Shown: positions 1 to 11,593 of the stretch, one piece after another
Numbering within the stretch: the stretch's first letter is position 1
Layout of the letters: each line of letters starts with the position of its first letter
Assembly (NCBI GenBank): GCA_951406725.2
Contig: OX597843.1
Span: forward strand, 4,092,001-4,156,000
Direction: 5' to 3'
Length of the DNA stretch: 64,000 bases
Source: Octopus vulgaris
Taxonomy: Eukaryota
Program-made: the position numbers and the translations under genes
The notes under the pieces: model-generated
Seen by the model: the letters and a program-made list of their open reading frames with translations, nothing else
Told to the model about the DNA's origin: nothing
The model's database searches: none

Positions 1-302
1 ATATATATATATATATATATGTATGTATGTGTTTGTCACCCCCACCGTTGCTTGACAACCGATGCTGGTGTGTTTACGTCCCCGTAACTTAGCTGTTCAG
101 CAAAAGAGACCGATAGAATAAGTACTAGGCTTACAAAGAATAAGTCCTGGGGTCGATTTACTCGACTAGAAGGCGGTGCTCCAGCATGGCCGCAGTCAGA
201 TGACTGGAACAAGTAAAAGAGAGAGAGAGAGTATAACTTCGAAGAGAATAAAAAATGAATATTTTTCAATGAAATTTTCTAGAAACACGTTTCAGATGGT
301 GT

Positions 303-688
303 ACTCTTACTCTTTTACTTGTTTCAGTCATTTGACTGCGGCCATGCTGGAGCACTGCCTTTAGTCGAGCAAATCGACCCTGGGACTTATTCTTTTTAAG
401 CCTAGTACTTATTCTATCGGTCTCTTTTGCCGAACCGCTAAGTAACGGGGACATAAACACACCAGCATCGGTTGTCAAGCAATGCTAGGGGGACAAACAC
501 AGACACACACACGCATATATATACATATATACGATGGGCTTCTTTCAGTTTCCATCTACCAAATCCACTCACAAGGCTTTGGTCGGCGTGAGGCTATAGT
601 AGAAGACAATTGCCCACGGTGTCACGCAGTGGGACTGAACCCAGAACCATGTGGTTGGTAAACAAGCTACTTACCACATAGCCACTCC

Positions 689-691
<3 letters not shown>
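303..691 (-). mobile_element. tRNA-derived CORE-type SINE (family 1), full copy
   Basis: tRNA-like head (TGGCTGTGTGG / GGTTCAGTCCC), CORE-like ACCTTGGGCAAGTG in better-preserved copies, internal TA tract, 3' ..CTGAAACAAGTAAAAGAG. Partial copies at 1-228 and 740-886. Confidence 0.85.
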
Positions 692-741
<50 letters not shown>

Positions 742-1074
742 GACAAGCTTCTTTCAGTTTCCGTCTACCAAATCCACTCACAAGGCTTTGGTCGGCCTGA
801 GGCTATAGTAGAAGACACTTGCCCAAGGTGCCACGCAGTGGGACTGAACCCGGAACCATGTGGTTGGTAAACAAGCTACTTACCACTCCGATTATATTAG
901 ATTTTATTGTGAAAATAAAGAGGAGATTCAGAAAATTCACATGAGTTGGGTATGTTCCCTCATAACTTTCAAAAAAATAGATTTTTCTAAATGAAATTTT
1001 CGACAAATGTGAGTGGATTTGGTAGACGGAAACTGAAAGAAGCCCGTCGCATATATATATATATATATTTAAAG

Positions 1075-1389
1075 AAATAAAATGAAGAACAGGACACAAA
1101 GGATGTCGCGGTACGTATGTTTTGAGCTTTATATAACCATTTATTCTTACATCAATGCATAATCTATATAACAGATAGTTTAAAAGCCATCTTCAGCTGC
1201 ATGCAATTGCTACACCAAAGACTTGTATCACATTATGAAAGGTTTGAGAAATGTGATACAAGTCTTTGGTGTAGCAATTGCATGCGGCTGTTATGTCGAT
1301 TATGCATTGATGTAAGAATAAGTTGTTCTATAAAGCTCGAAACATATGTACCGCAACGTCCTTTGTGTTCTGTTTTTCATTTTATTTCA
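1075..1389. repeat. Long inverted repeat (hairpin element)
   Basis: Arms of about 140-160 bp around a 15-nt spacer at ~1236-1250; next to TA repeat. Confidence 0.9.
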
Positions 1390-1827
1390 TTTGATACATA
1401 TATCATCTCACCTCTGCTACTAGCTGGCATATACACGTGCTTACATTTATCAAGTATTCACCCTGAATTTATATATATTTAAAGATAGTTATGGCCGGTC
1501 TATAGCGCTAGCCAGAGTACCGAGTCCAGTGGTCTGATGAGACACTGTAATGCTAAGAGATTCATGGACGCGAAACCCTGGGTAACCCCATAGACCGGCC
1601 AAGAACTTAGAGTGTGTTTCTCTTTTGGATTTATGATTTACTGATTATATATATATATATGTGTGAGGTATACTTGCTCTCTCAATATGGCTAACCACTA
1701 AGGGTGGGTGTTACTGTAGCTTGAAGCCCCAGGAGATCATCGTCTCCAGCTGGCTATAGGCACACTTTCTGTGCCCTTATGGTATTTGCAAAGGGAAGTC
1801 ACCCTTCCCTCGTCAACCTAAGTGATA

Positions 1828-1872
1828 CGCACGGACTGCAGTTTCTAGGTTTTGATGTGTCATCAGCGTACG
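1828..1872 (-). ncRNA. Hammerhead ribozyme motif, stem II decayed
   Basis: CGTACG-CTGATGA-(14 nt, unpaired)-GAAA-CTGCAG-TC-CGTGCG; palindromic stem III ACTGCAGT. Confidence 0.62.
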
Positions 1873-1897
1873 GCAATTATATATATATAATTTTTTA

Positions 1898-2420
1898 GGC
1901 GGCAAGCTGGCAGAATCGTTAGCACGCCGGGCGAAATATTTGGCGGTATTTCGTCTGCCGCTACGTTCTGAGTTCAAATTCCACCGGGGTCGACTTTACC
2001 TTTCATCCTTTCGGGGTCGATAAATTAAGTACCAGTTATGCCCTGGGGTCAATGTAATAGACTTAATCCGTTTGTCTGTCCTTGTTTGTCCTCTCTGTGT
2101 TCAGCTCCATGTGGGTATTAAAGAAATAGGTATGTCGTCTGCCGCTTCGTTCTGAGTTCAAATTCCGCCAAGGTCGACTTTGCCTTTCATCTTTTAGGGG
2201 TCAATAAATTAAGTAACAGTTATGCACTGGGGTCAATATAATCGACTTAATCTGTTTGTCTGTCCTCTGTGTTTAGCCCCTTGTGGGTAGTAAAGAAATA
2301 GAAATAGGTATTTCGTCTGTCTTTATGTTCTGAGTTCAAATTCCGCCAACATTGACTTTTCCGTTCATCCTTTAAGGTTTGATAAATTAAGTACCAGTTG
2401 TGTACTGGGGTCGATCCAAT
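1898..2420 (+). mobile_element. SINE family 2, ~3-unit concatemer
   Basis: One head GGCGGCAAGCTGGCAGAA then repeated bodies with the same junction. Confidence 0.85.
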
Positions 2421-2706
2421 CTGATCTGGCAGTGTTTCTACAGCTGGATGCCCTTCCTAACGCCAAACACTCTGAAAGTGTAGTGGGTGCTTCTACATGC
2501 CACTGGCATGGGGACCAGTTAGGCAGTACTGGCAACGACCATGCTTGAATGGTGCTTTTTACGTGCCACCCGCACAGGTCTAGTCAGGCAGCATTGGTAA
2601 CGGCCACACTCAAATGGTGTTTTTTACATTCCACCAACATGGGACCAGTGAGGTGGCACTGGCATCGACCATGCTCAAATGGTGCTTTTTATGTGTCAAT
2701 CAAGCA

Positions 2707-2737
<31 letters not shown>

Positions 2738-2745
2738 TATGTATG

Positions 2746-3048
2746 TGAGGCACAATGGCCCAGTGGTTAGGGCAGCGGACTCGCAGTTGTAGGATTGCGG
2801 TTTCGATTCCCAGACCGGGCGTTGTGTGTGTTTATTGAGAGAAAACCCCTAAAAGCTCCACGAGGTTCCTGCAGGGGATGGTGGTGATCCCTGCTGTACT
2901 CTTTCGCCACAACTTTCTCTCACTCTTCCTACTGTTGGCCTGCTCGCTTAGCCAGCAGGGTGGCGTCATTCGAAGGCTATAACAATGAGAAGCGCATTGT
3001 GACCAGCGGTGTGTAGCAACATCTGATAGCCTGGTTGGTCACGGTGAT
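2746..3048 (+). mobile_element. tRNA-derived SINE family 3
   Basis: GGCACAATGGCCCAGTGGTTAGGGCAGCGGACTCGC..GGTTTCGATTCCC head; homologous copies at 13914-14187 (-), 18760-19137 (-), 52417-52530 (+). Confidence 0.82.
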
Positions 3049-3780
3049 GTATGTATGTATCTATGTGTGCCTTTGTGTGTGTATTTGTCCTCCATCAGAG
3101 CAAGAGACTAATAGGTTTAAGAAAAATATAAAAAAACAAAGGGCGTCCAGCTGGAGCAACTCTGCCAGATCGGTCAACCAAAAGTACTTTGAGGCAGTTC
3201 CCCAGCAAGGTCGCAGTCTAACGACTGAAACAAGTAAAAGCTAAAAGATTTTTTTAAAAAATGACAAAATCCAAGTGTATAAAAAAATTCTTTTTTTTTT
3301 TTATTAATAAAAATTAAAAAAATAAAAATCAAAAAATTCGAAAAAGAATTGCTGAGAAGTAAAAGGTGAGACACTGTCACGCAAGAAAAAAAAAAAAAGC
3401 AAAAAGACCCCCCACCCCCACCCCGAGCTCTCCATTTCCTATCCCGTGTACCACAAGCACCGCCTCTCCAAACTTGCATTTCAGGCAAATGGCAGCCTCT
3501 TGTCAACTGGGTCGACCAGTGAGGTCATTAGAGTGCAACTGGTCAGCCTCATTAGGGGTCAAGTTGACGAGAGTGTATGTGAGTTGCAATGGCTGAAAGG
3601 CCCTGGTGACTCTCCAGGACACAACATCAATAGATGTGTCCAAACATTGCATTCTCGACTGTATAATGAACTGTGTGTGTGCGTGTGTATATAAGTATGC
3701 ATGTATATATATATATATATATTTGTTTATGTATTGTTTGTATTACATTTGTGTGTGTGCATATATATATATATATATAT

Positions 3781-3955
3781 ATACAAAATAAGAAAATGGA
3801 GAAATACACCTTAATCAATAATCAACTACCAGGTAATACTCAATCACATAATTTATTAATGCTCATATGTAGTGGTTTAATAAACTATGTGATTGGGTAT
3901 TACCTGGTAGTTGATTATTGATTAAGATGTGTTTCTCCATTTTCTTATTTTGTAT
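3781..3955. repeat. Near-perfect inverted repeat, ~80-bp arms
   Basis: ATACAAAATAAGAAAATGGAGAAA...TTTCTCCATTTTCTTATTTTGTAT; follows a TA repeat. Confidence 0.9.
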
Positions 3956-4174
3956 TATTAATTTGTGGTAAATCATTTTACCTTTGCCCATATAATACAG
4001 TAAATGAATTAATTGCATCGCAGTTCATAACATTTATGTATTAACTTTGTTGGGTACTTCACTAGCAGTATATTGGATATATGTTATCCCATGGAGGGTT
4101 GCACTTACAACCCCTATCTCAATTTGTGTATATATATATATATGTATTTATGTGTGTGTGTGTGTGCATATATA

Positions 4175-4336
4175 TTTTTTTTTTCTCTCCTTGTTTTTTT
4201 CTGTGTCCCTTTCTGTCGAAGAGCGTAGGCTCGAAACGTAAAAGACTTTTTCTATTCCTGAGCGTTATACTAATACATCTGTTGGTTTTGTACACCACCT
4301 GTCTTCGTCTTTTGTTTTTTTCATAGATTCTCCCTA
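4175..4336 (+). mobile_element. Short repeat with variant minimal hammerhead-like motif (family A)
   Basis: CTTT-CTGTCGA-A-GAGC-GTAG-GCTC-GAAA-CG-TA-AAAG; copies at 5560-5730 (+), 53375-53530 (-), 53935-54112 (+), 61905-62090 (-). Confidence 0.65.
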
Positions 4337-4422
4337 TATATATATATGTATATGTATTTATGTATACGTGTATATGTATATATAAATATATATATATATA
4401 TATTTATGTATATATGTGTATT

Positions 4423-5255
4423 CTAGCTGATGTACCCAGTAATTCCTGGGAAAGCGGGGTTTAGCCCTTGGTTCTATTCTTATAATTGTTTTGCTAATGC
4501 AATAACAATACAAAGTATGTAGCCCTTAAAACGGTTTTTGTGCATTTACAGAGAATACCGAACTGTCTTACATAGGGTCTTGTTTTTAGGAATTCCCAAT
4601 AAGTTATGGATAGGCAAATTATGAAGTCAGTTATGTAATAACATGAAATTAGTTACCCGATAGTAAGAATTCAAATAAAGTACCCCCAAAAAGGGCTTTG
4701 ATGTGCTACCAGAGTATATAGAACATAGGAGGAAATACTAATAAGGTATGTATACTAAAATCATGGAAGCATGTTGCGTAATAACAGGCTAATCAGATAT
4801 GAGATAATAACACCTCAAAGTAAATAACTCTGAAAAGGGCTTTTGTGTGCTCCCAGAGAATATTACCCTCAGTGACGCTAGTGTTCATATATTTGTGAAT
4901 AAGTCACTAACTGAAATAAGTGGATCTATTGTTTAGGAAAATGCTATTTACTTGCTTAAGGGTTGTACTAGATAAATGTGAAAATAACTCAAGTAGTTCA
5001 AATACTAAGAAATAAGCATACTCAATTTCATTTTTACCAAATAATTTAGGAAAATGAATGGGTTATTTCCCATGGCTGTACATAAGGATCCCTTCCAGGG
5101 GCCCTGTTATCGATTCTTTTTCAACAATCTGAGTATGCCATGAGGTTTCCAGATATGAGTTCTACTCGTGTCAAGTTTTATCAAAATCAATAAAACGATG
5201 TAGGAGTTAGCTAACAATTCCAAAAACACCCAGATAGAATTTCCCACACATGTAG
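4423..5255 (-). mobile_element. Probable Helitron-type element
   Basis: Minus-strand CCCAGGAATTACTGGG hairpin followed by CTAG at 4423; 5' boundary uncertain. Confidence 0.5.
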
Positions 5256-5289
<34 letters not shown>

Positions 5290-5355
5290 TACATATATAT
5301 ATACATACATATATATATATATATGTATACATATACATATATATATATATGTATA

Positions 5356-5404
5356 CAAATGGCGGTGACCCAGCTGAAACTAGAATCAATCAATCAATCA
5401 ATCA
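5356..5404 (+). mobile_element. Extreme 3' stub of the same LINE family
   Basis: caaatggcggtgacccagctgaaactagaatcaatcaatc matches the 27143-27209 tail with an internal deletion; sits in a TA repeat. Confidence 0.8.
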
Positions 5405-5770
5405 TATGTGTGTATATATATATATATTAATAGTATATATATATATATATTGTCTGTATGAGTTAGAGGTTAATAAACCATCTAAGGGATATTAAATAGC
5501 CAATATATTACTGGATGTAGTATATGTGTGTAGTGGCTACTGCCATGATAGATCGGTAGCCACTACACACATTTTTTTTCTCTCATTGTTGTTTTCTGTG
5601 TCCCTTTCTGTAGAAGAGCGTAGGCTCGAAACATAAAAGACTTTTTCTATTCCTGAGCGCTATACTAATACATCTATTTGTTTTGTACACCACCTGTCTT
5701 CGTCTTTTGCTTTTTTTCGTGAACTCTCCCGATATATATATCAAAATAAGCAACAAGGATATCCAAGGTA

Positions 5771-5860
5771 GTGTAGTACAATCGTTTCATGCTACTTCAT
5801 TTAATTAAACAATGTAAGTATTACATCAGTTTTAAAATGTAGAGCACTCTTCAGCCACAT
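5771..5860 (-). ncRNA. Hammerhead ribozyme motif with long stem II
   Basis: TGTGG-CTGAAGA-GTGCT..(long)..AGCAT-GAAA-CGATTG-TA-CTACA. Confidence 0.62.
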
Positions 5861-5888
5861 ATAGAATTTTTTAATTAAATAGACAATA

Positions 5889-6093
5889 CTTACTTTTACT
5901 TGTTTCAGTCATTTGACTGCGGCCATGCTGGAGCACCGCCTTTAATCGAGCAACTTGACTACAGGACTTATTCTTTTGTTAACTCAGTACTTATTCTATT
6001 GGTCTCTTTTGCCGAACCGTGAAGTAACGGGGACATAGACACACCGGCATCGGTTGTCAAGCAATGCTAGGGGGACAAACACAGACACACAAT

Positions 6094-6136
<43 letters not shown>

Positions 6137-6322
6137 TATATATACATATACATATATACGACGGGCTTCATTCAGTTTCCGTCTACCAAATCCACTCACA
6201 AGGCTTTGGTCGGCCCGAGGCTATAGTAGAAGACACTTGCCCAAGGTGCCACGCAGTGGGACTGAACCCGGAACCATGTGGTTGGTAAGCAAGCTACTTA
6301 CCACACAGCCACTCCTGCACCT
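5889..6322 (-). mobile_element. SINE family 1, full copy
   Basis: Same head/CORE/TA/tail structure. Confidence 0.88.
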
Positions 6323-6576
6323 ATGTTCATTTTTATACTTAATTCCATTTGCCAACATTACAAAGAGGGTAGATATATAGACAGAGAGGTGAATTTCATC
6401 AGTAGGAACATGGTAGTACATGAAACGATTGTACTACACTACCTTTGGATATCCTTGTGGCTTATTTTGCTTATAATCACCCCATTTGATTTATATGGAT
6501 AATACCGTACCAAATTCTGATGCCTTTGACTTCAGTACCATATTCATGTGAATCTAAATTTTGCTGAACTTATATA

Positions 6577-6617
<41 letters not shown>

Positions 6618-7034
6618 AGATATATGTATATTCATTTTACATCAGTGTGCTTGTGTGTGTGTGCGTGTGGTATGAACATGTGTCTACATGTATACGTCTC
6701 CTCCAGCACACACACACACAAGAGAGAGAGAGAGAGAGCTTGCATAGATGTGAGAGGCAAAGAGTTGTGGTGGGAGTAGGGATAGCTTCCTCAAATTTCA
6801 TTGTTTTTTTCTCTGTTTTTGTTTTTTTTTTTACTTTCTTCCTTTTTTTTTATCAAGAAAACATAACTAACAAATGGGAAGAAGACGTTGACAGGCAGAC
6901 AGACGCTGGTGGGAGGGGACGACGACAGGGGACACGCATGGATTGTGGATGTATCACAAGACAGACAGACAGACAGACAGAGAGACAGACATGTTAGGTA
7001 GAAGCCAAAGACACAGGAAGACGGTACTGAAATG

Positions 7035-7482
7035 GAAGAAGGAGGAGGAGGAGGAGAAGAAGGAGGAGGAAGAGGAGAAGCAGGAGGAGGAAGAGGAGAA
7101 GAAGCAGAAGAAGAAGAAGAAGGAGGAGGATGAGAAGAAGAAGAATGAGGAGAAGGAGTAGGAGTAGTAGTAGGAGGAGGAGAAGAAGAAGCAGAAGAAT
7201 GAGGAAGAAGAAGAAAAGGAAGGAGGAAGAAGAAGAAGAAGAAAAGGAAGGAAAATGAGAAGAAGAAGATGAGGAAGAAGAAGAAGAAGAAAAGGAAGGA
7301 AGAGGAGAAGAAGAAGAAGAAGAAGAAGAAGAAAAGGAAGGAAGAGGAGAAGAAGAAGAAAAGGAAGGAAGAGGAGAAGAAGAAGAAGAAGAAGAAGAAG
7401 AAGAAGAAGAAGAAGAAGAAGAAGAAGAAGAAAAGGAAGGAGAAGGAGGAAGAAGAAGAAGAAGAAGAAGGAAAAGAAGAAA
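7035..7482. repeat. (GAA/GGA)n purine tract
   Basis: Directly visible; lies just 3' of the predicted NF-YB stop. Confidence 0.95.
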
Positions 7483-7588
7483 CAACAAAGACAGACGACA
7501 CTGTAAGGGAAGTTAAAAAAAAAAAAAGGGGTCAGACAGAGACAGAATTAAGACATGGAGAAGGAAAACAAAAAAGGTCCAGATTTCT

Positions 7589-7609
7589 TCAGAATATTTG
7601 TTGTGACAT
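7589..7609 (-). CDS. NFYB: NF-YB final coding exon (MSQQIF*)
   Basis: Strong pyrimidine tract + cag acceptor, phase 0; QQIF* resembles the vertebrate QQIQFS end; total CDS 594 nt = 197 aa + stop. Confidence 0.72.
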   Translation of the reverse strand: MSQQIF

Positions 7610-7715
7610 CTGAAAAAGAAAAAAAAGGGAAAATAATATTAGGGATCAATTTCGGAAAAAGTTGGGTTTTTTTTAATTATTTTCAAAAAACAAGCAAAAA
7701 AATCTTTGTAAACAG

Positions 7716-8148
7716 CATCATCATCATCATCATCGTCATCATCCTCATCATCATCATCGTCCTCAATGTCATCATCATCATCGTCATCATCATCATCATC
7801 ATCAATGTCATCATCATTATCATCGTCATCATCATCGTCATCATCATCATCACCATCATCATCGTCATCAATGTCATCATCATCATTGTCATCGTCATCA
7901 ATGTCATCATCATCATCGTCATCATGAATGTCGTCATCATCATCATCATCATCCTCATCATCATCATCGTCCTCAATGTCATCATCATCATCGTCATCGT
8001 CATCATCATCATCATCAATGTCATCATCATCATCATCGTCATCATCGTCATCGTCAACGTCATCATCGTCATCGTCAATGTCATCATCATCGTCATCATT
8101 GTCATCAATGTCATCATCATCATCATCGTCATCCTCATCTTCACCATT

Positions 8149-8179
<31 letters not shown>

Positions 8180-8190
8180 ACGTCATCATT
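7716..8190. repeat. (CAT)n degenerate microsatellite with higher-order units
   Basis: Directly visible. Confidence 0.95.
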
Positions 8191-8467
8191 GTCTTAACGT
8201 CTGCTTTTCCATGCTAGCATGGGTTGAGGCAGAGGTGAAAGAGGATAGGTTTTTCTACGGCGAGATGTTCTTGTCGCCACACCTCACCCGTTCCCAAGTA
8301 AATGTTTTGCGAACGACTTGCACGTGCAAGTGCCACCAGTCGAAAGACCCCCGCATATCGAAGGCCAGCAAGTGTATGGGGTCATCGGGAGTGAACGCAT
8401 GCCGTTTCGGGGCACGAATCAACCAAATATGAACCATTTAACTGCACAATGCGTCTCCATCTTTCCT

Positions 8468-8696
8468 TTAACCCTTTCGTGATCAACCTGGCTGAAACCA
8501 CCTCTGGCTCTGAGTACAAATGTCTTGTTTTCATAAGTTTTGAAATAATATCTTCTACCAAACCTTAGTCACAATTTATGTTCCTAACACTAGCTGAATG
8601 ATAACGAAGTTATTTTACTAAATTCTTTGTTATATTTAAAATTAATTGAAAGAAACACAGAGCATCTCAACAGAAATATGGTAACAGAAGTGTTAA
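8468..8696. mobile_element. piggyBac-like MITE
   Basis: TTAA|CCCTTTCGT ... GGTAACAGAAGTG|TTAA: degenerate TIRs with TTAA flanks. Confidence 0.6.
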
Positions 8697-9134
8697 CTTG
8701 AAAATACCCTCTTCCCAGAACTGAGGTGGTTTCATGGCAAACAATTCATCAAGGTATCTTTTTACATCATCCAAGAAATTGAAATTTTTACCATTAAGAC
8801 TATTCTGCAGAGACCTGAACAAGTGGAAATCCAAAGGAGCAATATCTGGTGAATATGGAGGGTGGGGTAACTCATACCAGCTGAGCTGCAGCAATTTTTG
8901 TCTGGTTCCCAAAGCATCAAGTGCCGAAAATGAACTTTCTTATCTTCCATTTTAAAGGGTTAGAGAATTAACACAGGTTATAGGAACATATACCTTCTTC
9001 CATGAAAAGACAGCTTAAACTGTGCTCTAAATGGAGGTGTGGTCAAATCCTATTTTATGGACTCAACCATGTTCTAAAATAAGTCGAAAGGTAAGCTACA
9101 ATAAATCGGCATGAACTTTCCAGACAACCCAATA
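8697..9134 (-). mobile_element. Internally deleted mariner transposon
   Basis: MEDKKVHFRHLMLWE fused to LPHPPYSPDIAPLDFHLFRSLQN..FWEEGIFKL (YSPDLAP-type motif); end reads TA+TTGGGTTG like a mariner TIR. Confidence 0.88.
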
Positions 9135-9698
9135 TCATCATCATCATTGTTCAACCGTGGTCGAGACAATGGAATTTACCATGCTATGTCAGACTTCACG
9201 GTCCATCATGGCATTACGGAGGTCCTGTTGCTGGATGCCTGTATCCCTGGAGATTACATCAGGGTAGGAGAGTGTGCGCCCTCTGGTATTGCGAGCAGAT
9301 AGCTTCCAGAGGAGTAGAGGAGAAATTACCTCTTTTTCAGCTCTACAACAATGTCCAGCAAACTTGACTCTCCTACCTTTCACAAGAGATGACACAGGGG
9401 GTAGTTTCCCATATATTTGCATTTTGGTTGGATGGCGCTTCCACGAGAGATTTTGAGCTCTCATAAGGAGGCGAGTGTAGGTTCCAACCAATCACCTCTC
9501 GAAGAGTGTGCGCCCTCTGGTATTGCGAGCAGATGGCTTCCAGAGGAGAAGAGAAGAAATTACCTCTTTTTCAGCTCTACAACAATGTCCAGCAAACTGG
9601 ACTCTCCTACCTTTCACAAGAGATGACACAGGTGGTAGTTTCCCATATATTTGCATTTTGGTTGGATGACGCCTCCACGAGAGATTTTGAGCTCTCAA
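9135..9698 (-). mobile_element. RTE-like LINE 3' fragment with internal ~230-bp tandem duplication
   Basis: YTRLLMRAQNLSWKRHPT..RRVKFAGHC..LLWK, largely present twice; (GAT)n tail. Confidence 0.8.
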
Positions 9699-9756
9699 TA
9701 TACAGACACACTCACATGCATGTAAGTACAGACACACTGAATAATCGTTTACTTAC

Positions 9757-9830
9757 CTGGCCTGAATATGCGTAAAGGACATTCTGTTGGCCAGACTGTT
9801 CTGTGGACAAGATGTTATTTGATAATGTGG
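9757..9830 (-). CDS. NFYB: NF-YB coding exon 7 (T-TLSNNILSTEQSGQQNVLYAYSGQ)
   Basis: Pyrimidine tract + cag, CAG|GTAAGT; phase 1 entry matches; GQQNVLY resembles vertebrate GQQQNVMVY. Confidence 0.88.
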
Positions 9831-10077
9831 CTGAAATGAAAAAAAAACAGATTTAATTTAATCCTTTTATTCGTTTCAGTCATTTGACTTCGGCCAAACT
9901 GGAGCACCGCCTTAAAGGGTTTCAGTCGGAGAAAATCGACCCCAGGACTTATTCTTTGCAAGCCTAGTATTTATCCTATCGGTTTCATTTGCCGAACGGT
10001 GGTGGTGGTGGTGGGGTAGGGGGTCAAGGACAGACACAAAGACACACATATTTATCCCTACTTAAATGTGGATGTTA

Positions 10078-10915
10078 TAATAATAATGAAATTATTGTAT
10101 ACAGTGCTCAGGTGCACCACAACTTGTCAGAAAGTGCATATAAAGTACATGCAGTAATGTAGAAATGTCTGGAAAGCGAACAATGTATGAGTCAGATACA
10201 TGCTTGTGTGTGTATGGAGGGTAGGAGATCAGGTGTAGTGTACAATGTATGAGTCAGATACATGCTTGTGTGTGTATGGAGGGGAGGAGATCAGGTGTAG
10301 TGTTGGTGAATCTCAGGAAGCATGGAAGTTTTGAAGGATGCAGTGCTCCGACAACTAACAACTGATGCCAGCAGTTTGTTCCATGCTTCAGCGTGTGTAT
10401 GGAGGGTAGGAGATCAGGTGTAGTGTTGGCGAATCTCAGAAAGCATGGAAGTTTTGAAGGATGCAGTGCTCCGACAACTAACAACTGATGCCGGCAGTTT
10501 GTTCCATGCTTCAGCGTGTGTATGGAGGAGATCAGGTGTAGTGTTGGCGAATCTCAGAAAGCATGGAAGTTTTGAAGGATGCAGTGCTCCGACAACCAAC
10601 AACTGATGCTGGCAGTTTGTTCCATGCTTCAGCAACTCTCAGCATGAAAAAATGTTTCCGAAAGTCATGGAAGGAGCTGGGCTGTTTTCTTACTTTGTAA
10701 ATATGTCCACGGGTGTTAAATGGGTGGAGTTTGAAAAGGTGCTCAGAGTTATTGTTTGTACGATGGTTGATAATTTTATGGGTGTCTGCCAAGTCAGCTG
10801 CCAGATGTCAGAGTTTCAATGTGTCCATGCCCAGGGAAGAAGTAAGGCGTTCAGAATATGGCAAATGCCTGATGGAGGGTATTCTTTTGTTCTCTTAGAA
10901 CAAACCATACTGCAT
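10078..10915 (-). mobile_element. CR1-type LINE 3' fragment with ~120-bp internal tandem repeats
   Basis: NTRGHIYKV..FRKHFF.LRVAEAWNKLPASVV..STASFK; 3' segment repeated about 3 times; (ATT)n tail. Confidence 0.82.
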
Positions 10916-11514
10916 TAAATACCACGAGAGAAGCACTCACTTTGGATTTTAGTGCAAAATGCACTGTTACTCTTTTAGCCTTTTACTTGTTTCAGTCATT
11001 TGACTGCGGCCATGCTGGAGCACCGCCTTTAGTCGAGCAAATCGACCCCAGGATGTATTCTTTGTAAGCCTAGTACTTATTCAGTCAGTCTCTTTTGCCG
11101 AACCGCTAAGTTATGGGGACGTAAACACACCAGCATTGGTTGTCAAGCGATGTTGGGGGGACAAACTTATACACACGCACACACACACACATATATATAT
11201 TTCAATGGATAAGATGTTTCGTCTCCCTTCTGTGGCTTTAGTGCTTCTGAGAATTATCCTCAGGTGCTTGAGGTGACCACCACCACCAACAACAACAACA
11301 ACAACAACAACACCAGGTGATGTATCGACTGCCCCTTTGGCCATCATCAGTGACATAGAGAAGGGAGATTTGCTTGCAAGGATTACTTGAAAAAAATTTT
11401 GTGCTTGGGAGAGGACGTTTCCAGGTACTAGAACCTACATCAGCTTGTAACTGAAGACCAGCCTAGATAATACAAAAAAAGCAAATAGAATAAATATAAA
11501 ATACTTTTACTTAC

Positions 11515-11593
11515 TATATGATTCGTCAAGTTCCTCCACCGCATTTTCTCCCATTATAGCATTGGGGTTCATCCCTTTCTCTCCTTTAGCAGA
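11515..11593 (-). CDS. NFYB: NF-YB coding exon 6 (SAKGEKGMNPNAIMGENAVEELDESY)
   Basis: tttcag acceptor, A|GTAAGT donor; KGEKG and EEL resemble the metazoan NF-YB C-terminal region. Confidence 0.9.

Noticed and set aside
6064-6288. Recurrent small ORFs such as [24 protein letters not shown]
   Set aside because: Antisense translations of SINE family 1, not a gene family.
6791-8217. Poly-K/E/S/F/I/M ORFs
   Set aside because: Translations of (GAA)n and (CAT)n tracts with no domain content.
11318-11356. Minus-strand CTGATGA..GATAC hammerhead-like string
   Set aside because: GATA instead of GAAA, and stems I and II do not pair convincingly.
11440-11462. Alternative NF-YB terminal exon (SWSSVTS*) after exon 6
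   Set aside because: Needs a 52-nt intron, and a better, homologous exon exists at 9757-9830.
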